From NCBI RefSeq assembly GCF_001194135.2, contig NC_069006.1:4470620-4517830 (forward strand): a stretch of DNA of 47,211 nt, read 5' to 3'. Source of the stretch: Octopus bimaculoides. Taxonomy: Eukaryota. The notes beneath the pieces are model-generated. The model saw only the letters and a program-made list of their open reading frames with translations, was not told the origin of the DNA and did not search any database. The stretch's first letter is position 1. Each line of letters begins with the position of its first letter. A program made the translations under genes and the position numbers. Shown here in pieces: positions 23,801 through 38,800 of this stretch.

Positions 23801-26344
23801 CTTCTTACCACACACCCACTTCTCAGCCTAAAAATAATTGACAAATATTTACAACCTCCCTGCATGCACCTTACATGTACATAGCAAACGCTTGAATATT
23901 TAATCCTTCTTAGATTTATCACTGTGAGGGTAGAAACTCAAGATTTTGTGTGATGATTGTGTGTTTAATTTATCAATTAAAATGTGTAATTGTTTGCTAT
24001 GTTTCTTTTTCAGGATTCTTTCTTCATTACATTTGGTTCAAATTGGCAGAAATTATTATTCTATTCCGGATGAGATACCCAGAGACAATAAACTGGCACA
24101 AACCCACAAGTAATATTTTTATTCCAACTCCTATCTCTTTATCTTTTACTTATTTCAGTTTTTGGACTGCATCCGTGCTCGGACGTTACGTTGAAGGGTT
24201 TTTAGTTGAACAGATTGACCCGCCCCATTTCTCAATAATGATAGTTATTTTACTAAATTCTTCATTATTTTATAAAATTAATTGAAGCAAACACAGCACA
24301 TTTCAACAGAAATATGGTTGTGAAAGAGTTTAATAATTCTGATAGAATTGTCTCAAAATTACTCTGGTCATACAGAGAAAATCTGCAATATAAAGTTATT
24401 TAAATGTCCCCATATAAATGAATTTTTAGCTAATAATGTAGTATATTCAGTACCCATATTTAAACTGTCATAATTTTGTCTACTTTCATCTCGTTTTTTC
24501 ATTTGTCTAACACTTAGCCATTAGTTTCTGCTGTTATTATATTGCAACAATTGAATTGGATTAACCAAAAATTAGAAAATGTCAGATTTTGAATCATAAA
24601 GACATGTTAGGTCTCTAGAGAAGCACTATTCTAAAAATTTACATAGATTCTGTTATCTCCCTGAAAATATCAAAATGTTTTATCATATATCCCAACATGG
24701 TTTACACATTGGGAAATTGAAATGAGCTGGTTCAAAGTTCAAAGTTCACCTTAGGTTAAGCTTCAGTGATTGTCTTCTACTTGTTTCATTCATTGGACTG
24801 TGGCCATGCTGGGGCACCTCCATGAAGGGTTTTCATTAAACAAATCGACCTCAGGGCATTCTTTTTAAATTCCTTGTACATTTTAAATGATGATGATGAT
24901 ATTCTGTGTCTTGCTGAACTAAGTTGAAGGAATAGAAACAAACCAGCACCAAATGTCCAAGGGACAAATACACAGACACACATATACATACATACATACA
25001 TACACACAAATACACGCACAGACACACGCACATATATAACAATTTAGCTAGGTGTAAAATCCACCTTAGGAATATTAAATATTGTTTTCTTTTCCATTTC
25101 TTATATATATATATATGTATGTATATATATATATATATATATAATGTGGTCTGATCAATAAGTAACTGGACATAGTAATGGAGCTAAAGCACACAGAGTG
25201 AAGCTGCTTGGCACAGATTGATCTTGAAATCTGCTGTGCATGTGCACTAAGTTTTAATGTTCTAACTCACTACTGCTGTTTACGGCAGTGCTTGAAAGGA
25301 AGGTGTGTAGCATGTGATTGTCGCATTGACCATGACAGAGAAAGTTGAGCAGAGAATTTGCATCAAAAGTTTGGCAATACCTGCTCAGAGGCCTACATAA
25401 GTTTTATAGAAAGTGTGTACGGAGAGGAGTGTATGAGCTGCACACAAGTGTACGAATGGTTCAGATGTTTCCAAGATGGCTGAAAAATGTCGATATTGAC
25501 GAACGTTCTGGGAGACCTGCAACCAACAGAACTGAGAAAGACATGGCAGATGTGCATGCAACTGTGAATGGAAATCATCGAATCCCCATCCGTGAGTTAT
25601 CAGAGGATGTGCAGATTAGTTATGGTTCAGTTCAGTCCATTATCGTTGAAGATTTGGGTATGAGATGTGTGTCTGCCAAGTTTGTGCCAAAACTGCTTTC
25701 AGCTGACCAAAAAGACACTTTGGTTTCAGTTGCACAAGATCTCCTTCCTTCATTGTGTCGAGAATGATGAAAACTTTTTGAAAACAGTGATAATGGGTGA
25801 TGAATTGTGGGTCCATGGCTATGACTCCAAAACGAAGGCTCAGTCTTCACAGCGGAAGACCTCAACTTCTCTGGGACCAAAGAAAGCACAAATGAGCNNN
25901 NNNNNNNNNNNNNNNNNNNNNNNNNNNNNNNNNNNNNNNNNNNNNNNNNNNNNNNNNNNNNNNNNNNNNNNNNNNNNNNNNNNNNNNNNNNNNNNNNNNN
26001 NNNNNNNNNNNNNNNNNNNNNNNNNNNNNNNNNNNNNNNNNNNNNNNNNNNNNNNNNNNNNNNNNNNNNNNNNNNNNNNNNNNNNNNNNNNNNNNNNNNN
26101 NNNNNNNNNNNNNNNNNNNNNNNNNNNNNNNNNNNNNNNNNNNNNNNNNNNNNNNNNNNNNNNNNNNNNNNNNNNNNNNNNNNNNNNNNNNNNNNNNNNN
26201 NNNNNNNNNNNNNNNNNNNNNNNNNNNNNNNNNNNNNNNNNNNNNNNNNNNNNNNNNNNNNNNNNNNNNNNNNNNNNNNNNNNNNNNNNNNNNNNNNNNN
26301 NNNNNNNNNNNNNNNNNNNNNNNNNNNNNNNNNNNNNNNNNNNN

Positions 26345-26375
<31 letters not shown>

Positions 26376-29300
26376 AGCACACACTCAGTTGGGTTTCTTT
26401 TAGTTTCTGTTTGCCTAATCCAAGCACAGGGCTTTCGGACTATAGTAGAAGACTCTTCCTCAAGGTGCCATGCAATGGTACTGAACCTTGTACCATGTGA
26501 TTGGGAAGCTAACTTCTTAACAGGAAGGCCATGCCTTTTTTTTGTATTTGAATTTCTTTTGCTGTTTTTACAAATTGATTTTATTTTGATAATCAAACCT
26601 TTGAAAAGGATTTGAGCTTCATATTTTGGAATAGTGAATGCCATGTTTACGAGCAGCAGACGCCATATTTAGATGCTGTTTTCTAAATCAGAAGCTTCTT
26701 TAATTTTTAAAATTTAGAAGGAAGGACAGCTTGAAAGTTAAGACTTAAAATAGAAAAATGGTTTGTGAAAAATTGCAGAAAATATTTAATCAGTCTGAAG
26801 CATGCTAACATTCTTACTTTAAAAACGTCAGGTGTTCATGTAGTGTTTATCTAATCAACTACTGTGTTATTAATCTAGTAATTAAATTTCCTTTGATATT
26901 TTGAATTAAATACAAATTTGCAAAAGCAAGCTGCCTCAGGTGCTTTAGAATTCTGTAACAAACACTATCTTGGAATGAGATAATTTGGTACAGTTGTTTG
27001 GACTTGGATGCAGAGGAATTGGTGCAGCTGGCTCGAGCATTCACCCTGTTTTGGCAACCATACAGGTTGGTTGTTGTTGGGGACAAACACAGTGCATGCA
27101 TGTGTAGAATTATACACAAACTGCTCGATAGAAAGAGGTGTTAAAATCTATTAATTGATGATCATGATTGACATAAGTGCGTTCTCTCTCCTCATACACA
27201 TGGAGAAATATGCTCACATTCAAATGACAAACACTTTTCCTATCCCGATACACACAAAGAGAATTATGCTCACATATATGAACAGAGAGGAAAGGAGGGA
27301 GAACCAAGATAAACATTGAAATGACTCGTTTCAAATAAGCCAGCATTGAATCATCTCTGCCAGACAATTGGCACAAAAGCAGCTGTGCCAAAAAGTGTTA
27401 CGTTAGCATTGTAAAAACTCTCTACTGCCCCCCCCCCCATTGCTCTCATCCAAACTAGCAAATAAGATACTTTATTTCTACTTTTGTTTTAATTAAGATT
27501 TGATGTCATTTTTGATTAATTGATGAATTTTTTTTTTTCCTTTTACAGATTAACTGTCTTTGATGGCATCCAGAGCAGCATTTTGAATTATGAGAAAGGA
27601 GCAATGTTGTGTGTTGATATTTCCCACAAAGTGATGCGTACCGATACAGTTGCTGATCTTATGCGCAGCTGTCGTATGCATGTTGGTGCATCTGGATGGA
27701 AGGAGACAATTATGAAGCGTTTGTTGGGAAAAATTGTTCTCACTAGGTACACACTTATAGTGGTATTTTTGCTTTTTTAAATTCCTAATCAAATATATTG
27801 ATACGTGATTAATTATCTCTAACTGTTGGACACCTTTCCGTTGTTAGTTGGTAACTAAGGGTTTCTCCTTCAAAGTGAAAGGTAGATTGTACAGTGCTTG
27901 TTTATGTACAGCATATTTTATATGGTAGTGAAACATGGGGTTTGTCTATGGGGGACTTGCAAAGGCTTGAAAGAAATGAAGTCAGCATGCTCCACTGGAT
28001 GGGTAATGTCAGTGTGCATACAGGACAGATTGTAAATGACTTGAGAGGCAAACTGGGTATAAGAGGCATCAGATGTTGTGCGCAAGAGAGAAGACTGCTG
28101 GTTTGGTCATGTGATGTGTATGGATGAGGACAGCTGTGTAAAGAAGTGCAGAGCACTAATTATAGAGGGAACTTGTGGAAGGGGTAAACCCAGGAAGACT
28201 TGGGCCAAAGTGGTGAGAAAGGATGTTCGGGTGCTGAGCGTCATTGAGGAAATGACAAGGGGCCCCGGGAGATGTGATGATTTGCTGTACTTGATAAGAC
28301 ACGTCAGGCTAAGTAAGATGTCTTCCATACATACAGGCTTGTCCTTTCAGGTGCCAGTGGCATGTAAAAGGTACCCATCACACTGTTAAGTGGTTGGTGT
28401 TAGAAAGGGCATCTAGCTTTAGAAAACACACCACAACAGCTGTAAGACAAAATGGAGTCTGGCCAGGCACATGTCAAACCATCCAATCGATGCCAGCATG
28501 GAAAACGAACATTAACCCTTTCGTTACCAAACCGCCCAAAGCCGCCCGAAAAAAATTTTGGTTCATGTGACCAAGACGCCCAAAACCGCCCATAATCACC
28601 TGTTCATATTTAAATGAGAATATCCGAGCAAATCTCGTTAGTACATTCGTGAAAACACGTGATTATTTGTGTAAACAGTTCAGCTATAGTTTTGTACGAC
28701 GATCAATGTGTTTTTTTAATTTTGTGAATTTTGGGAGATTTTTTTCCAAATTTGTTCCTGTTGTGTTTTCAAAATTTGTAATCCTGACAAAAAAATGGAT
28801 ACGAATTTTNNNNNNNNNNNNNNNNNNNNNNNNNNNNNNNNNNNNNNNNNNNNNNNNNNNNNNNNNNNNNNNNNNNNNNNNNNNNNNNNNNNNNNNNNNN
28901 NNNNNNNNNNNNNNNNNNNNNNNNNNNNNNNNNNNNNNNNNNNNNNNNNNNNNNNNNNNNNNNNNNNNNNNNNNNNNNNNNNNNNNNNNNNNNNNNNNNN
29001 NNNNNNNNNNNNNNNNNNNNNNNNNNNNNNNNNNNNNNNNNNNNNNNNNNNNNNNNNNNNNNNNNNNNNNNNNNNNNNNNNNNNNNNNNNNNNNNNNNNN
29101 NNNNNNNNNNNNNNNNNNNNNNNNNNNNNNNNNNNNNNNNNNNNNNNNNNNNNNNNNNNNNNNNNNNNNNNNNNNNNNNNNNNNNNNNNNNNNNNNNNNN
29201 NNNNNNNNNNNNNNNNNNNNNNNNNNNNNNNNNNNNNNNNNNNNNNNNNNNNNNNNNNNNNNNNNNNNNNNNNNNNNNNNNNNNNNNNNNNNNNNNNNNN

Positions 29301-30396
29301 NNNNNNNNNNNNNNNNNNNNNNNNNNNNNNNNNNNNNNNNNNNNNNNNNNNNNNNNNNNNNNNNNNNNNNNNNNNNNNNNNNNNNNNNNNNNNNNNNNNN
29401 NNNNNNNNNNNNNNNNNNNNNNNNNNNNNNNNNNNNNNNNNNNNNNNNNNNNNNNNNNNNNNNNNNNNNNNNNNNNNNNNNNNNNNNNNNNNNNNNNNNN
29501 NNNNNNNNNNNNNNNNNNNNNNNNNNNNNNNNNNNNNNNNNNNNNNNNNNNNNNNNNNNNNNNNNNNNNNNNNNNNNNNNNNNNNNNNNNNNNNNNNNNN
29601 NNNNNNNNNNNNNNNNNNNNNNNNNNNNNNNNNNNNNNNNNNNNNNNNNNNNNNNNNNNNNNNNNNNNNNNNNNNNNNNNNNNNNNNNNNNNNNNNNNNN
29701 NNNNNNNNNNNNNNNNNNNNNNTGTTGAATTTACCTGTATTTACCTTTAATTAAAGTCACTTTGTGACAAAAATTTTGGTATAGAATTGGTTGAGAACCT
29801 TTCGTTAAATTATCTTCCAAAAATCACATTAATATGTTGATAAATAAAAAAGTTAGAGTTGTTTATTGAAACCAGCCTAAATTTATGATTATGTTAGAAA
29901 TTAATTGAAACACATAAGGAGTGTAATTTGGTTAGAAATATGGTAACGAAAGGGTTAAACGATGATGGTGGTGATATATACTGTAATTACCGATATATAA
30001 GTCATATTATTTTATACTTAGTCTTAACCAAAAAAAAAAAAAAAATTTGGGTGTGTAACTTACAGAGTAAAGATAAAAATATGAAAGGAAAAAAAAATTT
30101 GTATCAAGATTTAATATGAACCCTTTAGCATTCGGATTTCTTTGTCAAATGTGATGCTTATTTTAGTCACATTGTTTTTTGTTTTGAATTAATCACATTA
30201 TTTTGTAGCTTGAGAATTTTAATGGTGTATTTGTATACTTTCAGAATGACATTGTAGGGTAGGTGTGTGAGGCTGGATCTGGTCAGTTTTGACATAAAAC
30301 AGGAAGAATATTTGGGCTGGATTTGGCCAGATTAAATGCTAAAGAGTTAAATTAGGAGTGTGACTTAGACACAAGTAAATATGCTGTACACATATG

Positions 30397-30440
<44 letters not shown>

Positions 30441-31456
30441 TATTTAAATCTTTTCAGCAAATACAACCTATATTTGCTGGTGTGTCATACTGTTTGTACT
30501 TGACTTTTAACTGATAAACTGGAGTATGACTCGTCCACCGGGCAAAGCTGAAACTATGAGAGAGAAATAGTTCTACCAAGATTTGACACAAAATTAGGGG
30601 TGTAAAACTGAGTAGATACAGTGATGGGGGTGACTTGGTGAAAAGGTCTCCTACTGCTTTGGTGTTTCTTTATCTTTATGCCTTTAGTAATTAAACCGGC
30701 CAAATCTGGCCAAAATATTCTGTATATTTGTTGAATGACATTGTTGAAGTAGGTGTGAGAGACCCAATCTGGTTGCTTTGAACATAAAACAATCACATCA
30801 TCAAAATCTTGAAGGTACAGGATAACGTCTGATTAATTCAAAAGGCTGTCAATAAATAAGAATTATAATACAATTTAATCTGAATGTTTAAGGGTTAAAA
30901 GACTGATGCATTGTAGCTGTGTCTGGAATATGTAGAAGGGAATGTGTTTTTGTCTGCTCTGGAGTGAGGGTCGTGAAAATAATGAAATTTGTAAAGATTT
31001 CATTGTTGCTCGAGTGTCTAGTTTTCTGTGCTTGTGGAATATATTGGTGGAATATATTCTTTTCTACTCTAGGTACAAGGCCCGAAATTTCTGGGGAGCG
31101 GGCCAGTCGATTAGATTGACCCCACTACACAACTGGTACTTAATTTATCGACCCGCGAAAGGATGAAAGGCAAAATTGACCTTGGTGGAATTTGAACTCA
31201 GAACATTTCACCCGGCATGCTGACGCTTCTGGCAGCTCGCTGCTTTTGGATGATATATATTGAGACCGGTTTCTTACAGCCGGGTTTCCTTAGCTGTTGC
31301 TAGCCCTCCTGTGTGTTCAAGCAAATTGTAATATTTCCCCATGGCCAGTCATATTCCCATAGAATATCGAAAGTGAATGACACTGCTTGTATGACGGGCA
31401 AATATTTTACAACTATCAAATGGCATTAATTCATGGAGACAAACACGCAGATGTGT

Positions 31457-31489
<33 letters not shown>

Positions 31490-31730
31490 NNNNNNNNNNN
31501 NNNNNNNNNNNNNNNNNNNNNNNNNNNNNNNNNNNNNNNNNNNNNNNNNNNNNNNNNNNNNNNNNNNNNNNNNNNNNNNNNNNNNNNNNNNNNNNNNNNN
31601 NNNNTAATAGAAGACACTTGCCCAAAGTGGAATGCAGTTGGGAGTGAACTCAGGAAGCTAACTTCTTAACCACACAGCTATGCTTCATCGTAATTGTCAT
31701 TTAATTCCATGTTTGTTGTGTGTTCATATA

Positions 31731-31784
<54 letters not shown>

Positions 31785-32790
31785 GTATGGTTGGCCAAAA
31801 ATCACCTGACAGTAAATTAAAAATTTCATAAATACTTAATATTCAATTTTAATTATTTCAATTATGAATGTTTAATAATTGAATGCTGTGAGTTAAAATC
31901 ACCATTTTATTTTCAACATTTGTCTATTTATTAGCGAAGTCTCACAAAATATTTAGCTTTAATCTTGGAATTAAATGGTTTTGATTTAGTCGGGTGACTT
32001 TTGGCCAACCCTGTATGTATGTATGTATATATATATCACTATTTAGCATCCATTTTCCATGCTGGCATGGGTTAAACCAGAGTAGTATATACCAAGGTAC
32101 ACTGTCTGCTTTGGCATGGTTTCTATGGCTGGGTGGCCTTCCAAACATTACCCACTTTACAGAATATACTGGATGTTTTTTTTATGTGGCACCAGCATTT
32201 GTGAAGTCACCATGTATAGTATTGAGGGACGTGAAAGTATGATAGAGGGACAAGTGTCTTGCTGAAGAGGTGAATACATGGGTTCCCTATGAGAGAGAGA
32301 GAGAGAAAAATGGTGAGGGCATACTCTCGAAATAGGGTGAATATGAAAGAGAGAAACAGAAGAATTGATGGGTAGCTAAGTGTGACAGATGATTAGAGAG
32401 TGAGATTGATGTGAATGTAATGAATATCAATGGTGGGGGGAATAAGGGTGGGTTGGTGATGAAGAGCTGCGTATCTAAAATGTATTTAATAGTAGTTGAC
32501 CAAGATCAGAACGTCTTGCAAAGAAGCCTTTATTATACATGTGGTAGGTTTGAGAAGTGATTAACTGCAGAACTGATTACGCCAACACCATAACCCACAC
32601 ATGCAAGTTGTTTGTCATTTTGCTTCCACATTTTTCTCTTACATAGATACAATAATCGTACGTATCGAGTGGATGACATTGATATGGACATGTTGCCAAC
32701 CAGAACTTTCCGCAAACACAATGAAGATGTTTCTTTTGTATCCTACTACAAAACGGTAAGATATATACATACATATATATATATATATAC

Positions 32791-32864
<74 letters not shown>

Positions 32865-35800
32865 TATCCACAGTCTCTCTCTCTCATTTTCATTCACTTG
32901 TTTCATGTTTCAATTGTTGGATGGTGGGTGGCCATGCTGGGGCACCTCCATGAAGGGTTTTACTTGAACAAATCAACACTAGTGCCTTTTATTGTTTTTT
33001 TTTTTTCGTTTTTCCAAGCCTAGTCGCTTTTGCTGAACCATTAAGTTACAGGGATGCAAACAAACCAACACCCCCTGTCAATGGGTGGGGATGGCATGCA
33101 TGCACACATCTCAAACAATGAGAATGTGTGCTCAACCGCATTGGTGGATAAAGATTCTTTGTTAACAGTTTGTTTTGTGATGAATTAATACTGACTTTGC
33201 TCTTTTCTTTTCTTCCGATTCCTTAGAATTATGGCATCAATATCCGACACCTTGATTTGCCTATGCTTCTTAGTAAACCCAAAGCTCGTGATATCAGAAG
33301 AGGCCAGAATACTCCCATCTACTTAGTTCCTGAGTTGGTTGTTATTACTGGTAAGTTAAAAAAAAAAAGAACCCAAACAAACCAGGTTTTAACCATTCCA
33401 TTAACCGTTTGCCTGTTCTGTGTATGACATCTGATGGTGTGCAGGACATACTTCCCCGGTGTTCATGTATCATGTATGATATGCATTCTCAGTTGTGGTT
33501 GAAGAACAATTGGAAATGTGTGTCATACATGATGCATGGACTTCTGGAAGGAAAGCTTTATAGTCAGAATGTATGAAACAATGGGTAGCTGAAAGCCTGA
33601 AAACAAGCAGGGACTTTCTGGACAAACTTATGAAAATACTTTCACCAACCAAAGGATTAGGCTTATACGAATGCTGAGTTGTTTTCCTTTTTGTGTATTA
33701 AAGAAATTGTTTTCTGGGCTGTGGTATGTTTTCTGTTGACAACAATAATCCAGATTAGGATTTGAAGCGCGCAGTGACTGGGAGTAATTTGTTTTTTAAT
33801 GGTGAAACTGAAGTCGATACAGCCATAGATAAGTGTGTAAATCATCATTTAACAATCCATCTTCCATGCTGGCATGGGTTGGACAGTTTGACAGGACCTG
33901 GCAAGGTCATGTGACATATCGGGTCCGTTTTCGCTTGGTTTCTACAGCTGGATGTCATTTATAATGCCAACCACTTTACAAGAGTGTAGTGGGTGCCTTT
34001 TGCATGGTACCAGTGATGTGGTTAATAACTTCTTGGATGGAAAAACTAGCCACGGAACTACCCATGTCTTATTCCCAGTAGGTTTGAGTCCAAGCCTTTG
34101 GCCTTTGCATCCGAAGGGTCTTTTAACTTGATATTTGCATGCTATTTATTTACAACTTCTGAGTGGGACCATTTAAACCAATTTCTTTTTATGCTTCTCA
34201 AGTATAATGAAAGTTTAAACTCAGTCTTTGTTTTATACAAAATACACTTTCATGGATGTTTGGAAATGGATGCTGCTTGTGTGACGTTGCCACCAACAGA
34301 CATGCACGCACTCTTGTCATCATTTTAACGTCCATTTTCCTTGCTTGCATGGGTCAGATGGAATTTGTCAAAGCAGATTTTGTATGGTTTGATGCCCTTC
34401 CTCTCGCCAATTCTCACTTGTTTGCAAGTAAGGTATTTCCCCCCCTGACCAGAAATGTTTTTCATGGAAGCTTGGAAGTGGACACCATTTGCATGACGGT
34501 GAGGCTCATTTACAACTATCACACGAAGACAAGACAAGGCTACAGAAATGCACACACAACAGGCTTTATTCAGTTTCCGTCTACCCTATCCACTTACAAG
34601 GATTTTGGTTGGCTTGGGATTATATTAGGAGACACTTGCCCAAGGTGCCACACACAGTGGGGACTTGTGACTGAATCCAGAACCATGTAGTTGAGAAGTA
34701 AGCTTCTTAACACATCGCCATACTTGTACATATGCATCAGTGTGTGTGTGTGTTTGTGTGTGTGTATGATAAATATTTATAACTAAATATATTTTTTTTA
34801 AATGTTACCTTAAAGGTAAATAGCTGGGTGGGTGTACGAACTCCTTTATTCTAGCTGTATTTAAATAAATACTTGTAGCCAACTGTTAATTTGTTTTGTG
34901 CTTACAGGTCTTGATGATGATGTCAGGACAAACTATGAAATAATGAAGGACCTGGCTCAGACCACTAGGCTGACCCCTGAAACAAGAGTTGAAAGACTAA
35001 AGAGGTTTATTGGATCTACCCGAAGGTAGGTTGTGTGTGTGAGAGGGTTGGCTGTAGTGTTTGGCCTCCCTTAAGAGTGGTCATTAACCCTTTAGCATTC
35101 AGATTACTCTGTTGATTGTATTGTCCATTTATTCACATCTTTCTCAAATAATCTTGCATTATCTCATACATTTGCGATTTTGATGATGTCATAGTTTATT
35201 GTTGGGTAGGTGTGAGAGGTCAGATCTGGTCAGTTTGAACATTAGATAGGTAGAATATCTTGGCCGGATATGGCCAGTATAAATACTGAAGGGTTAATTC
35301 CCTTTTGATACCAACCCCTCTAAAATCATCCTTCTTTCTGCAATACAAACATTCCTGTTAATTCATGTTCCAAATGCCAGTTTAATGATAACAAAAGGGT
35401 TAAAGTGATCTAAATTCAAACTTTGCATCAAAATATTGATGTTAGTTTCTGTTCCAAACATTGGCATAATAACGACTGTTACTTTACTAAATTTTTCGTT
35501 ATTTTCAAAATGTATTGTGTGTATATCATCAGAAACATGGTAACAAAAGAGTTAAAGTGGTAGGAGAGCATGAAGTAGGAAGAAATATTTAGGTAACCGA
35601 TTAATTTCATTATAACATTTGGCTTTGTATGTTTGGGTTCAAATCCTGCAAGTCCCGAGAGCTGATCTATCTTGGCCTAGTTTTTTTATTTTTAAAAAAT
35701 GTATATATGAATAGGTCATGTGTAGGGGGAATGCACTGTTGCAGTGCATTATTACATCCTCCATTTGTCAATAATTACTCAGGTTGTCCCAGGTTCTGCA

Positions 35801-38800
35801 AGACACTCCCTTCTCTGCTGTGGCTTCTGGTCAACCAACACGAGCCCCCCCCCCTCCTTGCTGAATTCTCAAGAGAAGAGAATATGATACAGAGGATCGA
35901 ACTCCTAATAATGAAGCATCATGCTTAAACGGTCTGAGCTGACTCTCAAATTCTTCACATGAATCCTCATGATGTAGGGATAAATCAGATTAAATTATTT
36001 TTTATAAGGGTTCCGTGTAGCTTCATCATCCTCATCGTTTAACGTCCGCTTTCCATGCTAGCATGGGTTGGACGATTTGACTGAGGACTGGTGAACCCCG
36101 ATGGCTACACCAGGCTCCAATCTGATCTGGCAGAGTTTCTACAGCTGGATGCCCTTCCTAACGCCAACCACTCAGAGAGTGTAGTGGGTGCTTTTTACGT
36201 GCCACCGGCATGAAGGCCAGTCAGGCGGCACTGGCAACAGCCACGCTCAAAATGGTGTATTTTATGTGCCACCCGCATAAGAGCTAGTCCAGGGGCACTG
36301 GCAACGATCTCGCTCGAAAGTCCTTACATATGCCGCGGGCACAAGTGCCAGAAAGGCGACGCTGGGTACAGGTGCCATCCCGATTTCGCTTTCGCTTGCC
36401 CCAATAAGTCTTTGCAAGCTGGTAGCTTAGTTTTAATAATTTTTTCTATTTTTTAATTTGTACAAATTTGGTTTGGAGGGAACAATGGACCAGCAAGGTG
36501 TACGCGTAAGAGGACTGACATTAATAATGTCTCTACCCTGGGGCTGATTATTAACATCAATAGTAGTTTGACCCTGGTTCGGGAATATCAGGGTTTTGTG
36601 GAGTAATATAGCCATGCCTTAGCCATTGTCATTCCCTCGCCTGTTCTGTGCCAGGGTCCCAGGTATGGATTAATCTGTGTCTGTTACAGAACTGACTCAG
36701 GCAGAAGGTCACTAACAAACACCTGAATAGACCTTGGGCAGGTGAGGCTCATTCAAGAGAGGGTTTCCATTAAAAATTCTGCATCCTGATAACTACTGTC
36801 TTTATGGCATTTGATGCACGAGACGTGTACAATTTTGAAGGATAAGCAAATGGGATTGGTTCTGCAGAAACCATCATCATCATTGTTTAACGTCCGCTTT
36901 CCATGCTAGCATGGGTTGGACGATTTGACTGAGGACTGGCGAACCCCGATGGCTACACCAGCTCTAATCTGATCTGGCAGAGTTTCTACAGCTGGAGGCC
37001 CTTCCTAACGCCAACCACTCTGAGAGTATAGTGGGTGCTTTTACGTGCCACCCACACGAAGGCCAGTCAGGCGGTACTGGCAATGGCCACGCTCAAAATG
37101 GTGTATTTTATGTGCCACCTGCACAGGAGCCAGATCTTCCTGGCACTGGCAATGTCTTTACACGTGCCAGGAAGGCGATGCTGGGCACAGGTGCCATTGA
37201 TGGTTTCACTTTCGCTTGCCCCAATAAGTCTTCACAAGCTGAGTTTCGTTTCCNNNNNNNNNNNNNNNNNNNNNNNNNNNNNNNNNNNNNNNNNNNNNNN
37301 NNNNNNNNNNNNNNNNNNNNNNNNNNNNNNNNNNNNNNNNNNNNNNNNNNNNNNNNNNNNNNNNNNNNNNNNNNNNNNNNNNNNNNNNNNNNNNNNNNNN
37401 NNNNNNNNNNNNNNNNNNNNNNNNNNNNNNNNNNNNNNNNNNNNNNNNNNNNNNCACCACCATATTTCACAAGCCCCGTGGCGATTGGGTAAGAAGCAAC
37501 AGGGACAGGAAGAAGTGTTCAGCTTTGACCCTGTACATAGGCAGCCAGACATAGATTCTTTGATTTTGGTCACCCCTTGAAATATGTATAAACACAGACA
37601 TTTTCCGTGCTGTGATACATGGACTGTGAACCCTTCGGTTACTTCTTGTCCAACACCTCTTCTGTGTTCTTCGTGTGTTGTTTAAGGATTTTATGAATAG
37701 AAATCAGTAGAAACTGTATTGATGACACCGTCTCACTTTTGTTTGACTTTCCACTAATTTGTGTCCTCTTATAGAAACAAAGAAGCCATGGACCTTGTTG
37801 AGAAATGGAAACTTCAACTTTCTGACAATTTGGCAGCCATTGCTGGGCGTGTACTGGAACCAGAAAAGATGTACAGCAGCACTAAATCAGTATGTTTTTG
37901 AAATTTTTTTATTCCTTCTTCATTTCGGTCTAATGATTGTCAGAATTTTTCAAACCATGTTTGTGATATATGTAGACTTGTTTATCACGGATTCATTCAT
38001 CACTGATCCAGAATAACATGGTATGTTCTGTTGTGAATTTTATGACACTTATGGATTTATCTGTCACAACATGGGTCAGCAATCCGTCAAATTTTGCATG
38101 TACTGCAAAAATGTACCCTACCAACTACCCAGAATGGACTGGGTATTGCTTATGCATAGTTATTTAAAATTTACAGTTGTCCCCGTCTACATGGGACTTT
38201 TGAACAGAAAACACCAAAAGGCACCTAATCCCTTTAGCACTGAGACTATCCTTGATGGGAATCATGGAGGTGATGACAAGTGATAGATCTTTGGCGATGC
38301 TGTGCTGAGAAGACTTGTCAAATCAAGTGAAGTCATAGTTGTTGTAGTTGTTACTGGTGTCATGTAAGTAGCATCCACAAAGGTGTAGTCATGGCTGTTG
38401 CTGGTGTCATATAAACAGCACCCTGCCAGTGTTGCGTAAATGGCACCTTTGAAATCATAGTTGTGGCTGTTGTTGGTGTCATGTAAATGGCACTTGTGCT
38501 GGTGGCATATAAAATTACCGATTACACTCTTGGAGTGTTTGGCATGAGGAAGGTTCATCCAGCCATAGAAACTGTACCGAATCAGACTGGAACTGGTGCA
38601 GCTCCCTAGCTTACCAGTTCCAGTCAAATCGTCTAACCCATGCTATGCTAGCATGGAAAGTGGACATTAAATGATGATTATCTGGCTGAAACACTCAACC
38701 TGTCTTATGTTAAACCTAACCAAATCTAGCCTCTCACACATAGCCTACAATGTCTTTATAAAAATAAAGAATTACATCAGCAAAATTTCAAAATTACAAG

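Noticed and set aside
26930-26960. Possible piwi exon cag|g TGC TTT AGA ATT CTG (CFRIL)
   Set aside because: In-frame TAA follows immediately; the true phase-2 exon with QIGRNYY is 24014-24109.
26859-27391. Minus-strand ORFs of 86-93 aa in non-repetitive-looking intron sequence
   Set aside because: No recognisable domain, splice context or codon signal; probably ancient repeat decay.
36433-36790. Possible L1/Tx1 endonuclease remnant (GMAILLHKTL...GRDII, minus strand)
   Set aside because: Only a loose two-motif resemblance among stops; insufficient without a profile search.
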